The position numbers and the translations under genes are program-made. Below the pieces are notes generated by a model. That model saw only the letters and a program-made list of their open reading frames with translations, made no database searches and was not told where the DNA came from. From NCBI GenBank assembly GCA_951406725.2, contig OX597814.1:65596001-65660000 (forward strand): a stretch of DNA of 64,000 nucleotides, read 5' to 3'. Within the stretch, counting starts at the first letter, position 1, and every line of letters starts with the position of its first letter. Positions 53,762 to 64,000 of the stretch are shown in pieces. This DNA is from Octopus vulgaris. Lineage: Eukaryota.

Positions 53762-53933
53762 CGGTGCAAGCGTTGCTGTATGGTTAGAAACCTGCTTCAA
53801 AGCCACATGGTTCCGGGTTCACTCCAACTGCTTGGCACTTTGGGCAAGTATCTTCTATTATAGCCTCGAACAGAGTAATTTTAATGGATTTGGTAGACGG
53901 AAACTGAAAGAAGCCCGTCGTGTTTGTGTGTGT

Positions 53934-53966
<33 letters not shown>

Positions 53967-54201
53967 GTGTGTGTGTGTGTGTGTGTATGTGTGTGTGTTT
54001 GTCCCTCCACCATCACTTGACAACCGAAATTGATGTATTTACATCTCCGTAACTTATCGGTTAGCCAAAAGAGACCTATACGATGAGGACTATGCTGACA
54101 AAGAATAAGCTCCGGGATCGGTTTCTTCGACTAAAACCCTTTAGGGCGGTACTCCATTATGGCCACAGTCAAATGACTGAAACAAGATAAAGAATAAAAG
54201 A
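53762..54201 (+). mobile_element. Older CORE-like tRNA SINE copy
   Basis: Colinear with 28888-29300 but more diverged. Confidence 0.8.
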
Positions 54202-55844
54202 ATATATGCTGAGTAATAATTAATTTCTTAATACAAAATTTCGTTAAAATATTTCTGACACTAATTCACAACTAACGCTACGTATATTTACTTTATTATA
54301 TGTATTTTTAAACGTTTTGCATAGAGGTAACTAATATCTTCAGTTTTATTAAAATTGCAAGAGAATTACAATTACTGACGGTATACTTTATTATATAGAA
54401 TTAAATATCGTACTTAATGGATTGCATATAGAGTGACTATTGTAGATTTGGACACTTACGTTAAACAAAGTTATTTTCTGGAAATATAATTAGATGCTAC
54501 AATAGGATTTAAAGTTATCTGGAAAGACACATTTTGACTCGTTTATTTCTCTTCTTTAAAGGAATTCGTCTCGTACGAACAATATCTGCTTCCAAATGAC
54601 ATTTTGATGCTAAAGGAAATGAAACTGCGATTCTTTTATTACCAGACATATATGCTCTGTTTTTAACATTGAGATTTAGCCTAATATTTACTTTAGAGAA
54701 GTCAGTATTCATAAAAGTGTAGATGCATTTTCTAATTTAATGTGGTGAAAGTAATTAGATTATAAATGTTGCAGGGATATTTTTATTGATGATATTTCAT
54801 TACAATTGCTATGTAAACTGAGATTTGAAGATATGATATTTCTATATCTCTGCTATACATGAGGTATATAAACGGAGCGAAATTGGAAGCTATGGATCTT
54901 CTTATGCTTGCAAAAGAAATTAAATGTGGTTAACTGGATGCTTACAACAGATCAAGAAATATAAACTGTAGAACAAAATGCTGCATTAATTTTATTTTAC
55001 TTATACTTTGGATTAGAGGAAGTTGAGTGCAGTGGAAAGCAATGTATCGTTATTTAGTGTACTCTTATGTACATGGTTCTTATACAGAACTACTTCAAAT
55101 AGGTGTGATAGCTGATCGCTAATAGCTTGATTAGCTATTTTATTTACGTCTTTTGTGAAAGATTAGTCCTTTCGTTTAATATCGTATAGAAATAAAAAGA
55201 ATAACAGTGCCACCCATGAGGATATTGTATTATAAAGAAGTCAGCTATGTATATTTATGACATGTAACCGACAATAAACCTCCTTAAATTGAAAATAATT
55301 CTTCATAATTCATTGTTATCTGCTCCAAACCCAACAGCGACTGCCACTATCATTGTCATCATATTCATTGTCTTCATACTCATTATTAGTACCAATATAA
55401 CTACAGCAATAACATTAATATGAGAATAATTCGACAATAATAAATAATACTTCCACGTTACATACATATATATAGATATATAAGTATGCATATTTGTATT
55501 TTCTCATCGACATTAGATACTGTTTAAATCTTCAATATCGTTTAAATTTTCAGTAGCTGATCAAATTTTAAATTATACAAACATAAATAGGTGTATATCT
55601 ATATATGTGTTATATAATGTGCAGGTGTTTCATAAGTCAGAGAACAATTTAAGCGTTGATTAAATCTGCAAAAAATGCGGGATTATAAGGATCATAAAGA
55701 AGATGAAGGCTTAGATAATGTATGAAAGTGCATTAGGATAATATTAGTGAATTCATCCGCTCTAATTATTATAACGTAACTGCGAATGAGTGTACATGAA
55801 ATTGTTCTCACTTCGTTTTATTACATACACATATTTTGGTTTAA

Positions 55845-56050
55845 AATATTGGTACAAGGCCAGCAATTTCAGAGGAGGGAGCAAGTCAATTACATCGACC
55901 CTAGTTTTCTACTGGTACTTATTTTATCGAACCGAAAGTATAAAAGGCAAAGTCGGCCCACGGCGAAGTTGGAACTCAGAACGTTCAAAGATGATCGAAA
56001 TGCTGCTAAGTACTTTTCCCGACGTGCTAGCCAAATTGCCATCTCACCGT
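55845..56050 (-). mobile_element. Nin-domain-like SINE, decayed
   Basis: actggtacttattttatcgaaccgaaagtataaaaggcaaagtcgg. Confidence 0.65.
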
Positions 56051-56144
56051 TTTCAGATACACATATATTAACAGTTATATTCCAAGTAACAAGTTACATT
56101 CTTAGATACATAAACAAACAAAATCATACATACACACACACACA

Positions 56145-56218
<74 letters not shown>

Positions 56219-56859
56219 AGTGTGTGTGTGTGTGTATGTGTGTGTGTGTATGTATGTATGTATGTAATATTCAGATGCATATATGACAATATATATTGAA
56301 TCGTGTTTTGAAATCCAGATATCCTAGTATTTTCTATAATATAAACTTAACGTTACAAGCTGCTGATGATCTGTATCAATAATTTGTGAGTTTAAAATGC
56401 TTACACTTCCGGTTCTTAAATCATATCTCAATACAACATTCAGCTGACGAAGCTGGAACTATTGCTTGGTGGACTGTTCTCAACCAATAGAAGAATCACC
56501 GGCTGCCCTAGAATACTCCAAAATCAAAATATCTGATCAGGAAACATCAAATTATACATCAATTTATCTGACCTCTCCCGTCCCCTCTCACCACTACAAC
56601 AATTGCAAGCATATCGAGAATCATCAGCATTCTTCGGCAGCTATACGCCCACACATCTAGTTTGTCCCCTTGATTGCCTATAATAGTTGCGTCAAACTAA
56701 ACTCGTCTCAAACTACCACAATAAACTGATTCACCCGTTCCTATCCTATCCTAATACTACTCATTCTCAATTGATTTACTCTGTCTCCTAGATCATTCCA
56801 ATTCTAATTTATTACGGTCATCGAACACATAATCACTAGTGTACAGCACAATGAAGGAT

Positions 56860-57980
56860 TATTAACCGTATAATTTTTTTAACTTCCTTCTCTCACATGA
56901 CCCAAGCTTCAATAGCAACATATGAATTCATCTTTGATCGTAATATTTTCTCACACTGCTTGTATACTCACTACTGGTCATTTGCTTCATGACTTTATGT
57001 TTCATTTCATCTACTACCAGTATTCCTAAATACTGTCCTTTCTCAGCTGCTTTCATTGTTTGCACACTTGGTATTTCAATTCCCTGGATTAATTTAAATC
57101 TTCCTAGTTTCGTTATCAATATAGCGCGTTTTCAATCCCAAATTCCATATCTACATCATTTGAGTAAATGCGAACAGCATAAAGCTTTTTATCATCCACG
57201 AAAACATGATATGTCTCACCTTCTTCCAAATATAGGGTATTTTGACTTCTAGTAATATCAAACTAAGTGGTGTCATGGACAATACACATAATAATGGAGA
57301 TAAGCTATCACCTTGAAATATACCACGTCTGCTGTTCACTTATTCAAATCTTGGTTCTCCTCTAATCAATTCAGTATTCTAATATTTCATACATTCACTG
57401 ACCATTTTCTTCTTAGTTTTCGCCACTCTAAACATGTTTATTTTGTTACTTATCCCATTGTGCAGTTACGTGTCATATGTGCAGTTACGTGTCATATGTG
57501 CAGTTACGTGTCCAGCGATGCTATATCAAATTCCATCAATATCGTCTACAAATTCTAATTATCATTTCATCAACTATGTGGCTTTTGTCAGCAGGCAGAA
57601 TCGTTATCAACTTCTAACTGGTCTTTAGTTGCCCTAATTTGCTTCCTGCACTCTTTCTATTCTACTGGAAGTAATTTTCACTTTCTAGATGATCATCTAA
57701 CATTTCCGCAGTCATAAATTTCCATATCAGTGTTAAACAGGTTATAGACTGAAAATTCGATACCAATTTGCGTTCCAAGGCTCCTTGGGATATGACAATG
57801 TTCGTTCAGGTAGGGACTTGTCCCGATGCAGGTATTCATCAAAGTATGCAGTGATGCTTTCATACAACTGTAAAATCCTTCAGCTAATAACCATGTACCC
57901 AATTTGCAATTTACTTTAAACTTCAGTCTCACTGAATAGATATCTGTTCTGAGGTCTTTTTCACTTGGTACATTTGGAAG
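56860..57980 (-). pseudogene. Old degenerate R4/Dong-type LINE RT fragment
   Basis: RRGIFQGDSLSPLLCVLSMTPLS and QYLGILVVDEMKH...EYTSSVRK parallel the copy at 59469-60241. Confidence 0.7.
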
Positions 57981-58125
57981 CTTCTTCTTCTTCTTCTTCT
58001 TCTTCTTCTTCTTCTTCTTCTTCTTCTTCTTCTTCTTCTTCTTCTTCTTCTTCTTCTTCTTCTTCTTCTTCTTCTTCTTCTTCTTCTTCTTCTTCTTCTT
58101 CTTCTTCTTCTTCTTCTTCTTCTTC
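57981..58125. repeat. (CTT)n/(GAA)n microsatellite, ~48 units
   Basis: Direct reading. Confidence 0.97.
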
Positions 58126-58428
58126 CTTCGTAACACAGTGTAGGTAAAAATGCACCGGTGTGTTTAGTCATCCGTTTAGTCACAAAAAGGACCTCAGTTG
58201 TAATAGTCCATAACCTTCCTCTTTTCCTGGCAGATAAAGTCGATCTTCTGATCCTTTCCATCATGACTGAATGTTTGATTCCGTCCCCTTCAATTACCCC
58301 TAGGTATTTGTAGCTCTCCGCTGGTTGTAACTCTTTTATGACATTCTGCTGGTCAAGGTTAACGTTAGATGTTTCTATCATTTTTTCTTTGATAAAAGTA
58401 GCTTCTGTACATTTATCAAGGTCAAATG
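58126..58428 (-). pseudogene. Second fragment of the R4/Dong-type LINE, duplicating ~59715-59890
   Basis: MIETSNVNLDQQNVIKELQPAESYKYLGVIEGDGIKHSVMMERIRR. The nucleotide match to 59715-59890 is close. Confidence 0.8.
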
Positions 58429-58439
58429 ATTAAAAAAAA

Positions 58440-60307
58440 TACAAAAAAAAACAACGAAAATTATGTTTGTTTTAAAACTTAAGATTACATAGAAAGTATT
58501 TTGCGTAGGATATGAGCAGTTCCCATGAGCACTATCTTTTGAATTTCTGCCATTTTGGGGTTTCCTGCTTTCTGAGTTAGGTAGCGATCAGCCCCTTTTG
58601 CTATCATTCCCAGGGCACCTATGACAACAGGTATTGCTTTAGTCTTCAGGTTCCACATTTTGCTGATTTCTATTTCAAGATCTTTATATTTGCTCAGTTT
58701 CTGGTAGGTCTTGATATGTTTGTATCGATTGGGACAGTCATATCAATGAGGAGGCATGTTCTTTATTTGAAGTCTTTCAATATGATGTCTGGCCTATTTG
58801 CATCTATCTTTCTGTCAGTTTGAATGGGGAAGTTCCAGAGGAGTGAGATGTGGTCATTTTCAAGCACTGGAGGTGGTTTGTGTTCGCACCAGTTTTTTTC
58901 ATGGAGCAAATCCAGGTTTTTGCAGATTATCCAGTGAATATATTGTGCAGCTCTATCATGCCTGTTGAGATACTCTGTAGGCGCTAGAAGACTGCATTTG
59001 GAGACGACATGATCAATGGTTTCATTTTGTTGTTGACATACACGACATGTTGGGCTACTGCCGTTCTTTAATATGTTGGCCTGGTAGTTCCTTGTTGGTA
59101 GGCATTGATCTGTTTTAGATTTTAAGCCAGAGGCCATTAGCCATTGATGGGTCAGGGCTTTGTCAACATCTGCATTATTCGTTCTATTTGGGTATTTGCC
59201 ACAGAGAGGTTTTTCTTGCCATTTATCATTCAGAATATATAAGGCAGCAGTTTTAGCACGGGTTTTCATGCGTTTAGCTTTTCTGTGCTTGTTTCTTGTA
59301 TGTCTAATTCCGAAATTTGTTGTTTTCGGAATTCATTTAGATATTCCTATGCCTGTTTTGTTACTGAGTATGATGCTTTCTTGTTTTCATGTTTTGAGAC
59401 AAGTTTTAACATCCAGTCCTCAGAGTTTTTCAGATAGGTGTCTAGGCCAATTGTAGCAACCTTCATTGTTATTGCCAGTTGTAAAAGTCCACGGCCTCCC
59501 TGTTTTCTATATCAGCCTTAGGGTGGTGCATTCTATGCATTGTCAAAAGTTTTCGTATTTTTCTGTCAAGGTTACATATTTCAGTAATTGACCAGTTAAC
59601 GATATTGAAACTGTAAGTCACGACTGGTGTGGCTAAAGCATTGATCACTTCGATCTTGTTTCTCGCATTCAGCTTTGTCTTGAGTATTGCTCTTACTCTG
59701 CGATAACATTCTCTCCTGATCCTTTCCTTCATCACTGAATGTCTTATTCCGTCCCCTTCAATTACCCCTAGGTACTTGTAGGCTCTCCGCTGGGTCTAAT
59801 TCTTTTATGACATTCTGCTGGTCAAGGTTAACGTTAGATGTTTCTATCATTTTTCCTTTGATAAAGGTAGCTTTTGCATATTTATCGAGGCCAGAGTGCA
59901 TTCTGATGTCATCACTGAATTTGGTTAACAATCGCTAGTAAGCCCTTGAGTTGTTGGTCGTTTTTTGCAAAGAGCTTTAAATCATCCATGTAAATGAGAT
60001 GATTTATATTGTTATCAAACATCTTATATCCGTACTGCGCGTCATTGAGCAATTTTGAGAGAGGTATCAAGGCTAAACAAAAGAGGAGTGGTGATAGTGA
60101 GTCACCCTGGAAAATGCCACATGAAATTTTTACATCACCAGAATTTAGAGATTCATTGTCTCTGTTCAAAGTTAGTGTGGTTCTCCATGATCTCATACTT
60201 ACAGACAACAAGTTTCGCAGAGTAGGTGCAATTTTATACATTACCAGGCATTTCTTAATCCAGTTATGTGGTAGGCTATCAAAAGCTTTTTTATAGTCTA
60301 TCCAGGC

Positions 60308-60308
<1 letters not shown>
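58440..60308 (-). mobile_element. 5'-truncated R4/Dong-clade (restriction-like endonuclease) non-LTR retrotransposon, frameshifted
   Basis: AWIDYKKAFDS, GIFQGDSLSPLLFCLAL, HLIYMDDLKLF (RT). CRVCQQQNETIDHVVSKC zinc knuckle. RHD and NRPDII (RLE). The ORF ends GTAHILRKILSM* at 58485. The 5' junction is in (TAA)n. Confidence 0.9.
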
Positions 60309-60339
<31 letters not shown>

Positions 60340-60895
60340 GAGTGAGCGAGCAGAGCATGCCATCAAAGTGACACTGGGGTAAAATATACGAAGCCCAGTA
60401 TACCCATCATGACTACCCGTCTGATAACGGTACACCAGGCACATGCATCACAACCATATGTGCGCGACATGGTGATCTCATATCAAGATAAACAGCACAT
60501 GACCTTGCAGGTGGAGCCCAGTTAGAATTTTCTTCAGATCGAGTAACCCATCCCGCTCAAAAGGTCCCTGAATAAGGGTTGTTTATGGACGTTGAACGAA
60601 ACACCTATGTTTCCAGAGGTGAATTATTCAAACCCCAAAGAATCCTTCTCAACACATGGCTATGATGCTCCCCCACTACTTCTGCTCGTGATCAGAGATG
60701 CACATATCGTCAGCCACTAAGGGGCATGCTCAACTGGTTAAGGTCAAACAACTGACAAGCAAATCTGTGGTATTGAGCAGAATATTTGCTGTAGCCCATC
60801 TTTTATACCAAGACAAAACAATGTACATGATAACACTTCCAATGAGTTAAGATCAGAAGCCATGAGAGAGCCACTGCCTGGTACTGCATCAGGGC

Positions 60896-60897
<2 letters not shown>
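60340..60897 (-). mobile_element. Full-length 556-bp repeat inserted in (TAA)n
   Basis: Near-identical reverse complement of 14497-15052, flanked by (TTA)n on both sides. A short plus-strand fragment follows at ~60950-61055. Confidence 0.85.
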
Positions 60898-60947
<50 letters not shown>

Positions 60948-61776
60948 ATGGTCCCACCTGCAAGGTCACGTGCTGTTAAGCTTGATATTATATCAGCATG
61001 CCGCGCATATAAGGCTGTGAGGCATGTGCCTGGTGTACCCTTATTAGACGAGTAGTCGTACATTCTAACGATGTAAAGAGAGGGCAATTTCAACGAATAA
61101 TAATTCATTCCAGCTACATATAAATTGCTGCAAATAAATGGTTACAACAGTGGTGACCCCATCGTTAGACACAATACATACAAACAGGAGACTAGTTGCT
61201 AAGTCGAATATCTTTGTGGTGTGAACTTCTCAGTGAGTCGGCTGTTGGTATGCCAGATATAAAAAAAAAACATTACAAACGGGACATTGGAGCACATACA
61301 TTAGGTTAACCTAATGTATGTGCAGTGGAAGTATTCTCTAATGAGGAAAGTGGTGTGGTTATGTTCCCTCAGAAAGGTGGTATTAGAAAGGAAAGGGCAT
61401 GTAGGAAAGTGAAGGAAGGAGCAGGGGAAGGATGCGAGTGGGGACATGGTATGGAAGCAATATCCTGTTCAATATTTATCAATTAGCACGTATTTTTTCC
61501 CTAACCTTTGCTTATTATGACCGGATGATTCGTTTCGATCTCTTTGTCGGTTTGAACCGGCATATCTGAAATCATTGTAGTCTGATCGTTGTCCTGAACC
61601 TTGTTTGGTACATGTTTATAACAGTTTTTGCTTGCTTCTATGTAGCAGTGTTGGCATAATGTCCAATGAATATAACTAATTACGCGGTATATGTTAGAAT
61701 TTGGGAATAATTTTTAGCGTTCATTTCAAATTCTGTATTTTCTCGGAAGAAGCCATTGTGTTTCCCTGTTATTATC

Positions 61777-61980
<204 letters not shown>

Positions 61981-61984
61981 AACC

Positions 61985-62170
61985 ATGAGCTTGTAGACAC
62001 GCAGGACGAAATGTATAGCGGTATTTCGTACGTCTTCATGTCCTGAGCTCAAATTCGGCCGATATCGACTTGCGTTTCGATAAAATGAGAACCAGTCAAG
62101 TACTGGGGCCGATGTTATCAACTAATCCACTCCTACGAACGTGCATGGCCTTGTGCAAAATGTGAAAGCA
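61985..62170 (+). mobile_element. Nin-domain-like SINE, decayed
   Basis: ctgagctcaaattcggccgatatcgactt...gataaaatgagaaccagtc...actggggccgatg. Confidence 0.6.
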
Positions 62171-62262
62171 TTACTATTATTATCCTTAAGAGAAACAACT
62201 GGACGTATACTCGCACTGTGCACATTATTAACCAGTCTCACGATAATTTTCACTAAAGCATG

Positions 62263-62341
<79 letters not shown>

Positions 62342-62379
62342 ATATGTATGTATGTATGTATAGATAGATATATAGATAT

Positions 62380-62446
<67 letters not shown>

Positions 62447-62459
62447 CATAGATAGATAC

Positions 62460-62555
<96 letters not shown>

Positions 62556-62960
62556 GGTTGCGGCGCAGATTTCAATTCGATATGTTAGGGTTTTCTATCA
62601 TGGTAACGCGTGCTGAAAAAGCTAAGGTGATTTTTTGCGAGTGCAGAAACTGATCCACACGAGTCCTAATACGTCAATGTACGTTAGGAGATTTTATTAA
62701 CCTGATCTGCTTTCGGTTGATTTCCGTAGTGTATTTCTGGTGATTTCAATAAGAGTTTTGACTGTTATTTCCAGCAGGTAGGCAGACTTAGTATTCCTTT
62801 GATTAATTTTATTCCTTCAGCTATTTAATGCTTTTTCTTGGGCATGAAATCCCCTGTTTTATTGATTCTGTTATTATCATTTTTTTAAATAGTCATACCA
62901 GATAATAACAAAATTAATAATATCTTTAGCAAATTAATTTTTCGGGAATTATTTATCGAG

Positions 62961-63016
<56 letters not shown>

Positions 63017-63223
63017 TGTGGAAGGAGTCGTCCCTTCTTATAGATACTTGTCCAAGCGTACACCGGTTTAGCTCTATATCAATTAAGGATACTGGAAATT
63101 CCACATGCTTATCGTTGGTTCTTCTCCGATTTTAGTACTTCACACTTTTGAAATTCTAGTTGTCGCTATAGAAATTTCCACCTTTTCGATATAGGAGAAA
63201 ATGTTTTACAGAGTAAGGAAAAG

Positions 63224-63528
63224 GGAGAATGTGTACTTATAATAATCAATATATTCATTATAATAATAGTCAATTCATGCTGCCTGCGCAAATTTCGGTT
63301 TATTACTTAAATCTATATTTATGCAATTAAATTGCGTTATGATTTTGAGAAAGTAAAAACCTTCATTAGGGAAAAAAATTGACTGATGAATTGTTTTTCT
63401 TTTTCAAATTCATAATGCAATTTATTTGCCTAAATATGGACTTAAGGAATAAACCGAAATGCGCGTAGGCAACATGAATTGACTATTATTATAATAAATA
63501 TTTTAATTATTCTGTATATGCGCTCTCC
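63224..63528. repeat. Imperfect inverted repeat (arms ~145 bp), MITE/foldback-like
   Basis: ATTATAATAATAGTCAATTCATGCTGCCTGCGCAAATTTCGGTTTATT pairs with AATAAACCGAAATGCGCGTAGGCAACATGAATTGACTATTATTATAAT. Centre ~63375. Confidence 0.85.
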
Positions 63529-63657
63529 AATGTCTTTGTATTTTATATATATATATATATATATTCACGCACAGACACACATTCATACATATATCGATAC
63601 ACAAGTATATGGGAGGGGAGAGAGAGAGAAATATAGAAAGAAAGAAAGAAAGTAAGT

Positions 63658-63693
<36 letters not shown>

Positions 63694-63721
63694 GATTATA
63701 ATAATGAAGTCATTTACTCAC

Positions 63722-64000
63722 CAGCCTGGCAATTTAGCGTCGCATTTAAGCATCCTGTTTTTCTTTTACGTGATCTACCTTTTGGCTGTATTGGCAGAAC
63801 CACTCCAGTATAGTTAGATGGGACATGGCCCCTTTCAAGTCCAGCTACCAGAGGTCTGACATCACATAAACTTTCGTTATGGCCTCCTGATTCATCTGTT
63901 CTCTGCTCCCTCAATGGTACATATTCCCTGCATCCTTCCTGAAATAAGAGTTCATAATCTGTCCGACAGTAAACCAGATCGCCTTTCATGCCGAAATGGT
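63722..64000 (-). CDS. Lhx2/9 (apterous): LIM-homeobox apterous/Lhx2/9 family: exon with the end of LIM2 and the linker (5' part outside the window)
   Basis: Encodes HFGMKGDLVYCRTDYELLFQ...QPKGRSRKRKTG...CQA. HFGMKxxLVYCR and KGRPRKRK are conserved Lhx2/9 motifs. Donor G|GTGAGT at 63722/63721. Confidence 0.9.

Noticed and set aside
57459-57512. 19-bp tandem repeat GTGCAGTTACGTGTCATAT x ~3
   Set aside because: A simple local slippage duplication inside a decayed LINE.

Overview
AT-rich, microsatellite-saturated animal genomic DNA. The SINE repertoire points to an octopus or other coleoid cephalopod (inference). The only host gene I can support is a minus-strand LIM-homeobox gene of the apterous/Lhx2/9 family. 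One exon (63722-64000, truncated by the window) carries the end of LIM2 and the KGRxRKRK motif. A second exon (8754-8965) carries homeodomain helices 1-3 up to the conserved LQ^VWFQN intron. The two exons are phase-compatible across a ~54.8 kb intron. Most of the remainder is transposon-derived: Penelope-like elements (RT/GIY-YIG), several carrying minimal type I hammerhead ribozyme motifs; a tRNA-headed, hammerhead-containing short element; mariner/Tc1 copies, one full length; a Merlin element with TIRs and an 8-bp TSD; a Helitron coding remnant and four non-autonomous Helitrons; an R4/Dong-type LINE; a 556-bp (TAA)n-targeted repeat; many tRNA-derived SINEs; and three long inverted repeats. 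Almost all ORFs in the supplied track are microsatellite artefacts. All coordinates were read by eye, and repeat boundaries may be off by a few to tens of bases.
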